Shown in pieces: positions 1 through 12,069 of a stretch of 64,000 nucleotides of DNA (positions within the stretch are counted from its first letter, which is position 1; each line of letters opens with the position of its first letter). The stretch is from Gracilinanus agilis (lineage: Eukaryota). The DNA lies in NCBI RefSeq assembly GCF_016433145.1, contig NC_058134.1:122666027-122730026 (forward strand), given 5' to 3'. A program made the translations under genes and the position numbers. Below the pieces are notes generated by a model. It did no database searches, was not told the origin of the DNA, and was given only the letters and a program-made list of their open reading frames with translations.

Positions 1-92
<92 letters not shown>
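1..92. repeat. (GAAA)n microsatellite, truncated by window edge
   Basis: Perfect GAAA tandem array read directly. Confidence 0.98.
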
Positions 93-93
<1 letters not shown>

Positions 94-634
94 TTCTGAA
101 GAATCCATCTTGGGGAGTCAGAAAGCAAACCTTGATTCTAATCTTGATTCTGTCAAAAACTCAGTGCAAAACCTTTGGTAAAGTCATTTTCTTCTTCAGC
201 CCTTAGTGACCTGATCTATAAAACATGGGGACTGAAATGAATGATTCCTTTTAGCTCTCTATGAAATATATGAAGGGAACTGACTAAAGGGAGTCTGTGT
301 GAAGTTGATCATAAGGAGAAAAAAAGTTTTTGTAAAGTAATTAAGTCCCACACATTCCAACGGCCATTTTCTTATCAATGTGGATGCTGCTTTCAGAGAT
401 GCAGATGTCAAGCCATTCATACCAACCCATCCTGTGGGAGCAGATCATCAAAGATCTTTCAGGCTCTAAAATCTATATTCCTATAACCTCATTGTACCAT
501 TGGGCAGGTAGGAGGGAGAGAAATAGTCAAATTATGTACCTGTATAAACAATATTTTATCATATCATTGTAGGTATGGACATGAGAAGTAATTAAATTAC
601 ATCCTGTTGCATACACTGATATACAATTCTCTAA

Positions 635-760
635 ATTCAATAAATATGTATTAAGCACCTGAACTGTGCTAAGCAATGAGGATACAAGTAAAAAAAACAG
701 TCCCTGCCCTCAAGAAGCTTACTATCTAGTGGAGAAAGACAACCCACAAAAGAAAGCTGG
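635..760 (-). mobile_element. L2 LINE 3' fragment (approximate bounds)
   Basis: ttcaataaatatgtattaagcacc...gtccctgccctcaagaagctt resembles the recalled L2 3' end in antisense. Confidence 0.6.
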
Positions 761-2853
761 AAAAGAAGGAGAGGAGCCACCAGAAGGTACCCAGTGTGGG
801 GAATCATGTTCTGTGGAGTCCCAAACCAGCAGAGTTGCTGATGAATCTGAGTATCTCAGGATGCTTCTGGGGGGTTTAAAAAGGAAGAGCTAGTCAAATC
901 TTGTCCCTATGTATTTGGTAGCCTAAAAGGCTCCCAGCCTTCGCCCTCTGCCTACAGTAATCACCCAGGTAGGGGTTCTAGGGCCCAAAAAGAAGCCTTC
1001 CTTCCCTAAGGGCTGTTCTCTCTCCACATACCAGAAAAGGCAAGGAGAGATCTAAAGGTGAATAGTCATCATATCTGGCACCATGACACACTGGTGATGG
1101 GGGACACATTGATAGGGAAAGGCAGCGTCTCCTGCTCACAGAGAAGGTAGGGAAGAGCTAATTTTTTAGGACAGCCTGTTGGCAGGAAATGAATGCTAAG
1201 ATGATCCCCCTAGCAATGAGTTTCAGAGCAAGGAGAGCAGAAGATGAAAAAATAAAAATGCAGCCCCAGGCTGACAGGGGCTAAGCTGCTGCTCTCAGCA
1301 AGTAAAAGGAAAGGATCCTGCAGAAACCATATTGGATGGGCAAAGTAAAGGCTACTAGGGCCTCTTGCTGAAGGGTGACCTCTTCAGAGAATATGCAGTC
1401 TGATAGAAAGAGCAGGAGACTGAGGAATTCCAAAATCCTGGGTTCTAGCTGTAAGTTCTTATACGAGTATGTTATCAGCATGCTCTTGGGTAAGTTGTTT
1501 CTCCTTTCTAGCCTTCAGTTTCTATTTCCCTACTCCCATTGCCACCAAGGAGAGGGCATTCTTTACCCCAAGGTGTACCGTCTGCTCAAGAGGAGTCTTT
1601 AAATCTACTTGGTAAAAGGAATTACTGCATAAGCTCTCCTAATGGACCATTTGTAGTGGGAAAGAACTACAGTGTGTCCATTCAGATTTGGGAGTTCAGA
1701 TCCCTTACCCTCTGGAGGAAGGAAGTTCCCTGGCTCCAACCTGCTCTTTCATTCAGACAAGGGCTAGGGAAAACAGTGAATTCAACTTCCCCAACCTACC
1801 CTACTCCCTCCAACAAGCCTGTTCATCATTTCACTGGGAATTCTGTTAGAGGAGAGGTGAAAAAACTAGTCAGCAAATACTCTTGCCAGATACTCTTAAA
1901 AGCGAGGCAGAATTGACTATTAATCTTTATAAATACCTTCAGTTGCTAGCCAATTATTAGTTCATCCATTCAACAATCCCCAACTTGAATGCTTTTATGT
2001 GTAAGGTACATAAAAGTCTCTAGAATCAGAATTTTAGAGCTCCGTGGGAACCAGAGATCATCTAGCCCGACCCTCCTCATTTTATAGTTGAGGAAAAAGG
2101 ATTAGGACTTGCCCAAGGTCATAAGGGTAGGAAGTATCAGTCTTGGGGCTTAACCAGATTTCCTGCCTTTTCTCTTTCTACACCACCTGACACTGAGAAC
2201 AAAACTGAGAAACAAGTAAAGAGATAATATGGAGAAGGGTCAAGCACAGGTTCTTCTCTGGCCACATCAAGGGTCTCAGCTTTGATCCTTTAGAAAGAGT
2301 ACAGGAGCAAACGGAAACCTCTGGGCTCCATTTATCCAATCTACAGTAACCCTGCAGATCTTACCAGCCACCCAAGGGCTGAGCTAGGTCGGAAGGAGCA
2401 GAAGGGAAACTGAGGCCCCATCTCTAGCAAGAATGAAGAGAAGCTCGGTACTTCATCAGTCCAAGGGTTGAGTGACCTGGGTTTAAACACTCTGCTTAAT
2501 CAAGTGTACTGGACAGAGCATTGGCTTTGGAATCAGACAACGTGGGTTCCCATCCTAGCCGTGCTACTTATTTCTGTATGACTATGGGCCGGTCCCTTAA
2601 CCACTTTGGGCCTCGGTTTCCTGACCTGTAAAATGAGAGATCTGGACTACGACTTCCAAGTGTCTTCATCCATCTCTAGATCTTTTGGATTCCACCACCT
2701 ACGGGGGAGGGGGGAGGGAGGAGCAGGGCCTCTCGGGGGCCAGCTGCGGTACCTCCAGGGCTCGCTCTAACTTAGAGGCGGCTCTCTACCCGCCCCACGC
2801 CGCAGCACCCCCGGGTTCCCCCCTTCCCTTCCCCAGCTCAAGACACTGCCCAC

Positions 2854-2997
2854 CTCAGATTCCCTCCGCTGGTTCTTGAACATTTCCCGGCCCTTGGGCA
2901 ACGCCTGCTTTCCCTTGCTGCCTCCTCCTCCTCCGCAGCTGCCGTTCCCAGGTGGGCTCCCAGCAGCCTGCCCGACGCCGCTGCCGGGGTCCTCCAT
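2854..2997 (-). CDS. STRIP2: STRIP2 (FAM40B) first coding exon, 48 aa MEDPGSGVGQAAGSPPGNGSCGGGGGSKGKQALPKGREMFKNQRRESE
   Basis: ATG at 2997, phase-0 donor GAG|GTGGGC after 2854. KGKQA-PKGRE-F--QRRESE matches the recalled STRIP2 N-terminus. STRIP2 lies directly downstream of AHCYL2 on the same strand in human. Locally CpG-rich. Confidence 0.92.
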
Positions 2998-3059
2998 GCA
3001 GCTCCGGGCTACTGCTCAGCCAGCTCAGCAAGAAGCTATCAGGGCAGCAGCACGCCCAG

Positions 3060-3200
3060 GGTAGCCTTCCCCCTCAACACCCTGGGTCCCCCCCCCCCAG
3101 GCCCCACCCCCATCCCTTATTGGCCACGGAAAACTAATGGCAGCTCCACCCCTCAGTCAGGATTGGCTGTCCGGATGTTCAGGGCGGGGATTGGGGCTCA
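3060..3200 (-). promoter_or_regulatory. STRIP2: STRIP2 proximal promoter: two CCAAT boxes and a GC box
   Basis: ATTGG at 3119-3123 and 3162-3166 (CCAAT on the minus strand) and GGGCGG at 3182-3187, 120-190 bp upstream of the ATG, in GC/CpG-enriched sequence. Confidence 0.6.
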
Positions 3201-4979
3201 TTCAGTTTTTTGAGTTGTTCAGCCCCGGGCTAGGGTACTTCTCTGCTTCCACTAGCCCCCCTAGGCCAGCCCTTCCCAGCTGGGAGCCTCCGCAACTCAA
3301 AATGGGGGGAATTGTAAGTTGCCATTTCCCTCCCCCCACCCCAGCTGGAAATGGGCTTTTCAAGTAAGCATCAGTTGGCGATTGTCCCCAGACGGCCCTT
3401 CCTCTCCTACTGCAAAGAAGGACCCGAGGGACCCTTTTCCCTGCTGAATAAATTAGGGTTCTGACATGGGAAGCCTAAGGTCGCACAGCTAAATAGCTTC
3501 AGGGCCACCTTTCCTCTCCCTCACCGAAGTACTTGATCGTTTGAAGGAACTGATTACCTGGCCTCGGTGGCACAGGACGCTTTGTTCAGATATCTAAAGG
3601 ACTCGGGCGCAGGAAGGCTGAGTCTTACTCTGATCCCAGAGTCGACCCAGGAGTAAGAAATGGAAACTGCAGAAGCAAATTTAGATTTCACGTCAGGAAG
3701 ATCTTCCTAACAACGAGAGCTGTCTAAGAGGGAAATGGCTTGTCTCGAGAGATGGTGGGTTCCTCCCCTTTGGAGGTATCCCAGCAGAGGCTGAATGACC
3801 ACTTGGCAGGTACATCATAGTGGGGATTCTTCACTCTCCGCCACTGAGGAGCCTTCCCAAGTTCAAATTCAACAATACAAAGTAGATCAGCTATGGGACA
3901 GCTATTTATTTCCACCATAAAAGAAATGCTTAAAACACAAAAAGCTGATAAGTACAAATGAACAAACATTTAAAGCAAAATGCAATAATCCATTTAACAT
4001 CCAGACACTATTTTAGCATTGTCCTCCTGGGAGAATATTGCCTATTACATAAATCCTCCTGGGGGAAATGATACTTAAAATATTAGAACATGAAACATTT
4101 TGTAGGACTGCTGAACAGACACTTTCACCTTGGAAAAGGTCTTCACTGTCTTAGGATCTTCTGGCAGGACGGGGCAGGACTTTTTTCCCCATCTTCTTGG
4201 CTGTGATGATTATCTCTTATATGATGTTTTTGTTGTTGTTGTTGTTGTGATCACCTGCTCAGCAACTAGTATGTGGATCCAGGCACTCCCAACCTCAAAC
4301 TCAGGAAGTTCTCAACAAGGCTGGAAACACCAGCCTCAGGATTGCTGTCCAATCACCTGTGCTCTAGGAACTCTCATGGGTAACTTTAACACAGAGGAGA
4401 AGAGGGAGCCGGATACTGGGGGCCCAGGCTACTGGGCAAACATATTTATTACCGAGTTTTTTTCTAGAGAAAAAAAATTCCATTCTCATGTTGGTGGAAG
4501 TAATAGAGAAAGCTTAAAAAGTTTTGACATGCTTGACAGACAGGAAGAGAGAGCAACAGCAGAAATTTTCTCTTACTGGAAAGTTTACAAAGTCAGCTTT
4601 TTCTGTTCAGAGGCCAATGCTCTTTGCCCTTTTCCCTCAAGCTCCATCATGGAGACCAAAGGACCAACCAGGAACCCGTTTGAAAATACTTTCAGCAAGA
4701 GGCCAAGACACATGTTATCAGAAATGGTCCAATCATAGGGCTCAATTCTATTGGGGAGTACTCCTGCCAGAGTGGAACCGGGTAGGGCTCCTATGATTAC
4801 CTCAAATACAGATACATTTTGCTTTGACACAAAAGAGTATATTCGACAATTCCAATAACCCTCTTTCTCCATTTCCCTAAAAGCATTAAACAAAAGCTCT
4901 TGAATGACTAGACTAATAATTAAGCTTAACTTTCTACCTTTGATGTTTGCTGATGATTAACAGAAGGGTGTATATCCTT

Positions 4980-5187
4980 AAAAAAATTTTTTTTAAACCC
5001 TTACCTTCCGTCTTGGAGTCAATACTGTGTATTGGCTCCAAGGCAGAAGAGTGGTAAGGGTAGGCAATGGGGGTCAAGTGACTTGCCCAGGGTCACACAG
5101 TTGGGAAGTGTCTGAGGTCAAATTTGAACCCAGGACCTCTCATCTCTAGGTCTGGCTCTCAATCCACTGAGCTACCCAGCTGCCCCC
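4980..5187 (-). mobile_element. SINE1_Mdo-like tRNA-derived SINE, full length
   Basis: Reverse complement starts GGGGGCAGCTGGGTAGCTCAGTGGATTGAGAGCCAG and ends AAGGGTTTAAAAAA. TSD tatatcctt at 4971-4979 and 5188-5196. Confidence 0.92.
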
Positions 5188-5362
5188 TATATCCTTTAAT
5201 TTAAATATTGTAGAGGAACAGTATCACTCTTGAAAGGGAATAAGATCTTTTATCCTTTCACCTGTGTTTTGTTGCTTTTTCATGCATAGTCTGTAGTATA
5301 TATGTGCATATATACACATGCATGTATATGAAGAAAACTGAACTGCATACCCACACATTTAG

Positions 5363-5527
5363 TTTTTAAACCCTTGCCTTCTGTCTTAGTACAAATTCTA
5401 AGAAAAGCAGCAAGGGCTAGGCAATCAGGGTTAAGTGACTTGCCCAGGGTCACCCAGGCCACATTTGAACCAGGTCCTCCCATCTTCAGGCTTGGCACTC
5501 TATCCACTGTGCTACCTAGCTGCCACC
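5363..5527 (-). mobile_element. Older marsupial CORE-SINE (SINE1/MAR1-related)
   Basis: Core gttaagtgacttgcccagggtcac plus tRNA-like head on the minus strand. Confidence 0.8.
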
Positions 5528-5774
5528 CCCACACCCATATATTTAGCATATTTAGCTCCCAGTGCCTCAGACTTATGAGGTTCTTGACAAAGCTGGAAAC
5601 ATCAGCCTGAGAATTGCTATTCTGTCTTCTGTGCTCTAGGAAAGAAATACATTTTCTTCCCTTTGCATCACTTCAAACAAATTTTCCTCCATTTCTCTGA
5701 AATCTCAAGACTTGTTCCTTCTAGAACAAGGATATTCTATACAGTTGTTCAGTTTCCTCCATTGTTCCCAGGCT

Positions 5775-5960
5775 AAAACACCAGGAATCTATTTTGTTTT
5801 CAGATTTTTATTATAAAAAATGCAGCTATGAATATTTTTAAATATTTGGGTCTTTTTTTGCTTTTTGTTAACCTCTTGGGAATATAAACATAATAATGGG
5901 ATCTCTGGATCAAAAAGTAAGAACAATTTAATAACTTATCTTGCACAATCCCAATAGTCT
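5775..5960 (-). mobile_element. Old L1 fragment (approximate)
   Basis: tgcagctatgaatattttt...aatgggatctctggatcaaaa resembles antisense L1 ORF2 3' region. Confidence 0.5.
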
Positions 5961-5967
5961 TTTAGAA

Positions 5968-6281
5968 CAGTTGTGTTGGTTCACTGACTCGGCTCTACCA
6001 ACCTTTTAGAAATGAAGTGCTGGGTCCTGCCCCCACCTTTCCAACTGAGTGCTATGCCCCCCCTTGCCCCCCCTGCCCTCCCTTACCTCAGACAGTGGAG
6101 AGAGGAAATGCTCCCATTGGGTGCTGGGCAGAGGGGCAGGTGAAATGAGGAAAGTCCTCAGGCACATGGAGAGAGGGAAGGGGACAGCTTTCTATAAGTT
6201 TGGCAGGTGACTGCAGATGTGCCCACAGAGAAGGTTTTGTGTGCCCTTTTGGGTGCCTGTGCCATAGGTTCACCATCATTG
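5968..6281 (-). mobile_element. Non-autonomous hAT MITE, same family as 11601-11882
   Basis: Ends in aggttcaccatcattg (TIR). Internal sequence is the reverse complement of the 11601 copy. The other terminus is disrupted. Confidence 0.75.
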
Positions 6282-6767
6282 CTTTAGGGCTACTTGTAAT
6301 AGATGATCAACCTATTGAACCTATCCAGTGCCAAGAGCTATTCAGTCTTGCCTTGTTAGGGAGTGAATTTTCCTTGAACTAGATATATTTAAGCAGAAGT
6401 TGTAAAGGAATTATAGAGAGAGGTTTGAATTCAGGTGATATTTAAGGTACTTTCCAACTCTGAGATGGTCTGATTCTAATTTATAAATAGCATGGATCAA
6501 AAGAAGTGCATGGTGATCTTTGAAAGACAAGTGGTCTGGTCATGCCAATTTTCTTGTGTCCTAGTTTATCTTTTTTTTCCCTTCTTTAATTCTTCCTTCA
6601 CCCCCAGTATCCTTCTCTGTGAATCCTTTCCCATAAATAATATGATTTAAAAAATGAAAGAATGAAAAAACATTTATCAATGTTACCATGCACCAGCTAT
6701 TGTGCTAAAAATCTCTTAGAATACAAATGCCCAAGAAGAGATAGTCCCTGCTCTGAAGGCATTTGAA

Positions 6768-6954
6768 TTTTTTTTTTTTTAACCCTTAACTTTGTCTTAG
6801 AATCAATACTATACATTGTTCTAAGGGAGAAGAGTGGTAAGGCCTAGGCAATGGGGTTAAGTGACTTGTCTAGGATCACACATCTAGGAAGTGTCTGAGG
6901 TCAGATTTGAATCCAGGACCTCTTCTATTTGCACTGAGCCATCTAGCTGACCCT
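6768..6954 (-). mobile_element. SINE1_Mdo-like SINE
   Basis: Poly-T, aacccttaac...agaatcaatact..., core aagtgacttg and tRNA head in antisense. Confidence 0.85.
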
Positions 6955-8302
6955 GATTTTCATTCTAATAGAGAAAACAACATATATAGGGGAATGGTGG
7001 GCCAGGGAAGGAAGTTTGAGTTTTGCTCTGCATAATCAATTTCTAGGGCAATATTGATCCATTAATGTGCCCAGAGTAAAAGGTGGAAAGTGGGATAGGG
7101 GGCATTGGAGAAGGAGATGTGTGTATTTTGATGTTGGTCCACAAATGGAATGGGATCTGGGTGGACAGCTGGATGGGATATGAAAGTAAAAGCCCAGGAC
7201 CCAGGGCAATGTCTTTCTATGGGCCATGCCCTTGTTATATCCACTCTTTCCCTCCCTCCCTCCTTCTCTCCCTCCTTTCCTCTTTCTTCCTCCAGAACAG
7301 TGGAAGAATACAGATGAGGGGGTGGGGAAGGGGTGTCAAAAGACAAATAAGTATCACCATCCTTTTCCTCTTTTTTTCCTTTCCTCCCCTCTTTTCTCTC
7401 CACACACCTTTCACAGACTAGGCCATGATTTCTAAGGAAGCACCAGGCTTTAGGCCAAAGCTTTGTCTTTGTCTTTTTTTGTTGTTAAATAAGTCAGATT
7501 CCAAAAGAGACAAACTTTGCTTTACGATTCATTGTGAGGAAAAAAAGGGAGGCTGTTGAGGGACAGGACACAACCCACGCCTAGCCCCACTCAATGTGAA
7601 AAACCTGCCACAGCACAACCCACGAGTGCCTCTTATTAAAGAACTAATTATTCTGCCTTCCTTTTTTCCCCCATTTCTGTTCTCCTGGGGTGAGAACGCC
7701 AGCAAGGACCGGCAACTCCCAGAGCTCCATGCTTTTCTTTACTTGCTAAACCAATCAGCAGTAGAGCAGAGACAACAGAATGGGCTAGTCAGTTCTGGTA
7801 GTAACCTCTTTTCCTGCTTCCTCCAAGTGTCCCCTCTTTCTTAAATAGAAAGGAAACCTAGTTTTCCTAGTGAAAAGAGCACTGGACTTGGAAGTTGGAA
7901 AGCCTGGGTTTGAGTCCCAGGTCTTCCATGAACTCATTGTGTGAACTTAGGCATTTTGCATCTCTTGGTAGAAAATAGCCCTAGGTTTGGATTCCAGAAC
8001 TTGGATTTTAATCCCACCTTTGCTAACTTTGGACAACCTTAATTGGGAAACAAATAACTTCTGTAAACTGAGATTGGACTGGAAGACCTCTGCAGTCCCT
8101 TCCTGTTCTAGATCCTATGAAGCATCTTACAGGCTCAGCTTCTTCATTTTCTAAAGGTGGACAATTGTACTACCTCGTCAACCCACCTCATTTTACAGTT
8201 GAAGAAACAGAAATTAGGATTTTCTCAAGGACATATGAGTACCTAGGTACTTGGGTGGGGGGATTATTATGATGAAAACCACTTTATAAAATTCTTTAAA
8301 TT

Positions 8303-8460
8303 TTTTTTTCAATCTTTACTTGCCAACTCTAAGACAGAAGGGCAAGGGGTAGGCAATTGGGTTTAAATGATTTGCCCAGATTCACATAACTTGTGTCAGG
8401 CCTGATTTGAATCCAGGTCCTCCTAACTCCAGGCCTGGTGCTCTGTTCACTATACTACTT
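8303..8460 (-). mobile_element. Marsupial CORE-SINE, diverged
   Basis: T-tract, ctaagacagaagggcaagggg, atttgaatccaggtcctcctaactccaggcctgg. Confidence 0.7.
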
Positions 8461-10104
8461 AGATATCCCTATAAAGTTCTTTAGACATTTTTGTCTGATC
8501 TCAGTTTTTCCAGAAAGGTAGAGAAGAGATCAGATGCAAGGGCCCTCAAACATATGCCCATCTGCTCTTACTTATTATGGACCCAAGATATATAATACTT
8601 GCCATGCTGGATCCTGGGGGTGGTGAGGGGAAGGAGGAAGCAGGAGAGCTGCCCAGGAATGGAGCCTGGGGCTGAGAGAAGGGAAGGCTAATTTGGGAAG
8701 TCCTAATCTCCTGGCAGGGAGAACAGAGACCACAAACTCTAGTTATAGGTATTGGCTCAGATTCAACATTTTTTAGTTTGCCAATGAAGGAATTGTGATA
8801 CCAAGAGATATCCATGATGACTGTGGCACCTTATGGACATCTAGGAATTGATCACACAGTCTGGCCTCTGACCCATCTACTTTGATGATCCTGTGCTGTT
8901 GCTATACATAAAGTTTTAGATCAATATTCCTACTAGATAAAGCCCTTGAGCACAAGCATCAGGCCTCCATTACTATTGTGCTCAAATGACCGGTAGTACT
9001 AGCCTGAAGTGTAAGCAGGTGCTTTCTAAATTACATGGACATTGCAAAGGCAGAGGTTAGGTAGGGGATGCAGGTGGAATAGCTACAGTAGTTAGGTCTA
9101 TGGCTTCATTCAGCTTCATTAGTACTTAGGCTGAGATAATTGGTGCAGGTGGTTTGATTGGTATTCTAAGATCACTTTATGAAACTGACAGGCCTCAACC
9201 CCAGTGAGTTAGGGGGTGGGGGAGCAGGAGTGGGTGTCTGCCCCAGTCATGTAAAGACTTCCTTCAACAGAAAAAGCAGAAGAGAACAATTTGTTCCAAT
9301 GGCAGCCACAAAGGTGGTGCACTGTGGAGAGTTTAGTGCTTGGTTAGATATCAAAGAAGCCAAGGGTATCCTTTGCATCCTGAGCTATCACCAGATGTCC
9401 TGACTTCTGTCTTGCCACTGCACTTCAATGACTGGAAGAGAGAGGCTCATAACTTTATGGAACTCTGCCTCATACTCGTGAGTCAAAAAATAGCACCAGT
9501 GATGTCATTTTGGTCCTTTTCCAGTAGGAAGGACAATAATCATAAAAGATGAGGCACAGAAGGTGCTGGAGTGAGTTATTGTTGGAAATCAGATCCAGAC
9601 TCCCAATTACTGTTACCTACAGGACTTCCAAGCTTTTGAGGGATAGACTCTGCTTCTAAGGTGGAGAAATATTTAGCCTGGAACCAAGTCTTGATTCAGT
9701 TCATCGTGGTGGTGGTAGGGATCTAAGAGGCCAGAGAACAAATTGTCCATGATTAAGAATTCCTTCCACAATATTCCTGACTAGCAGTCAACCAGTTTTT
9801 GCTTGAATGTTTTCATTGAGGACAACTATCAGGTCTCCCTGAGTCTTCTTTTTCTAGGTTAAATATCCCTAGTTCCCTTATTCGATTTTCATATAGCATC
9901 AACTACCGAGAGGTCCATAACTTCCTGGTTACCTTCTTCCAAATTATCGATGTTATTCCTGAATTAGGAGGCCCAGAAGGAAATAATCAATCAGCAAACA
10001 TCTATTAAACTTCTACTGTGTGCCTGATGCTGTGCTAAGCACTAGAACACAAAATATTTTGGATATTATCTGATTTTGGCGGAGTACAACAGCTTTAGTT
10101 TTGC

Positions 10105-10325
10105 ACCAATGGCACAGTAGATAAGAGTTCTGGGCCAGGGAGATCAGAGGTCAGATCCAGTCTAAGGCACTTACTAGCTGGTTAACTCTGGGCATGTCAC
10201 TTAATGTCTCAGTTTCCTCATCTGTAAAATGATCTGGAGATGGAAGTGGTAAACCACTCTAGTACCTTTGCCAAGAAAATTCCAAATGAGGTCACAAAAA
10301 GTTGGACATGACTGAACAACAACAA
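10105..10325 (+). mobile_element. MAR1-like SINE (MIR core plus RTE-type tail)
   Basis: cagtttcctcatctgtaaaatg core followed by ggtaaaccactctagtacctttgccaagaaaa...ttggacatgactgaacaacaac tail. Confidence 0.75.
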
Positions 10326-11600
10326 AATCACACTAACTTTTTAAATTGCCATATGTCACTTTGTTGAGTGCAGAAATATTGTGGATTGGGATCTTGCCTC
10401 CAAGCCAGAAGGACTTGAATTCAGGTCCTGCCTCTGTTACATACTGTGTGATCCAGGACAAATTACCTCCAGGTCAATTGCAGAGAAGGTGCCCAGATAG
10501 ACAAAGGGTCTTCTACCCAGTGAAACCACAGGTCCAGTTCCTATTCCCTATCACACCACTGACATTTTAATTCATAGTCCACTAAAACCTCTAGTTCTTT
10601 TAAGGAAAATGTAAAAAAAAAATTCTATCTCTTGGTTTTACAACAAACTGGACCCCATTTTCCCTACCTTTTGTCCTACTCCTTCCCAGAGAATCTCTTC
10701 CAGCTCTTTCTCAAATAAATTGATATTTAGCCATATCTAAATATGTGATGTTATAGTCCTTCTGAATCCTTTTATCAGATGAATTAGCTGTGATTTTCCT
10801 TCCTAATATCAAAAATGCATGGCATCAAGCTCAGATTTCTTGAGAATTCCACTAAATAATTTTCAAATTGACTTCAAATCATTTGGTATAATGCCAAGAA
10901 GGGGATCTAGGAAAAAAAGGATCATTACAATTTGCTTTCATCTCCTTCTTCCCTGAAGTGTAGTTTTGGAGAAGACCTTGAGCCCAGTCTAGAATTAGTA
11001 CAAATAGTTGAGTGCATTCTATCAACTGGCCTTCAGTCTGGATGGAGGGAAACAAGGATGACAGGGATAATGAATGAGAAGATCCAGGGATGAAGATAAT
11101 CATCTTGTGGGCATGGCATGGAGTAAGTTACAGGCTGACCACAAAAATATATTCACCTGCTTCTGCCTCAATGAAATGAATAACAGGCAGTTAAGTGTAT
11201 TATCTGGTACTGGTTTGGATAGAAAAATTCCTTGGATTTCTCCCATCCCACTCTTTGATTCTTCTCCCTCAATAGGCTTCCTTTCAATTAAAATCAAATT
11301 TGGTAAATACCTACCAAATGTAAGGCATTGTGCTAAACCCTGGGAAAACAACGGTGAAAAATGCCAGTCTTCACCTTCAGACTGATTATAATCTAAAAGG
11401 GGGATATGCTTTGTACATTTAAGTAGTAGAATGTAATAAAAGTGAAGAACAATCAAGACCAAGGACTCTAAGAAAATGTGAGGCAGAAGACAGAATTTTA
11501 GCTGGGTGATAAGCAGTGGTTTCCCTTCTGGTTTTACGCCCAGGGATATTGGCTCTCTCCTTCCATTGGAAGAGCGAAGCCCTGACCACAACCCCTAGAG

Positions 11601-11882
11601 CAGTGATGGTGAACCTATGGAATGTGTGCCCTCTCTGTGGGCACACCTGCAGTTCCCTGCCAGTTTGTCACTAGAAAGCCAGAGGGACTCCCCTCCCCAT
11701 GTGCCTGAGGACATTTTTCACATTCCCTGCCCTCTGCCCAGCAACCCAATGGGAGCGCTTCCTCTCTCCCCTGTCTGGGCTAAGAGGTGGGGCACATCAC
11801 TTGTCACTCAATGGTACTTGGCCTGAAGGGTGGGATGGGGACGGGACCTGGCACTCCATCTCTAAAAGGTTCACCATCACTA
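11601..11882 (+). mobile_element. Non-autonomous hAT MITE, intact, 282 bp
   Basis: TIRs CAGTGATGGTGAACCT / AGGTTCACCATCACTA and perfect 8-bp TSD CCCTAGAG (11593-11600, 11883-11890). An 8-bp TSD is diagnostic of hAT. Confidence 0.92.
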
Positions 11883-12069
11883 CCCTAGAGTTTTGAATCC
11901 CAAAAAAGAAAGAGGCAATGAGAAACTGGTAGACCCCAGGCCTAGGCTGGCACAATTTGGCCCAACATTTGGCCTTTCAATTTTCTGCCCAGATTCAGGG
12001 CTTCCCCCTCACTTTCTAACCAGATTTCTAGTTGACAGCAACAGTGAATGCACTCAAGAGGACCAAATC

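Noticed and set aside
1-2853. STRIP2 exon 2
   Set aside because: No match to the recalled peptide GSVDCPTLEFEYGD on the minus strand; probably lies beyond the left edge.
4130-4738. 202-aa plus-strand ORF
   Set aside because: Non-ATG (TTG) start, runs through a (GTT)n microsatellite, no recognisable homology or splice context; best treated as a chance ORF.
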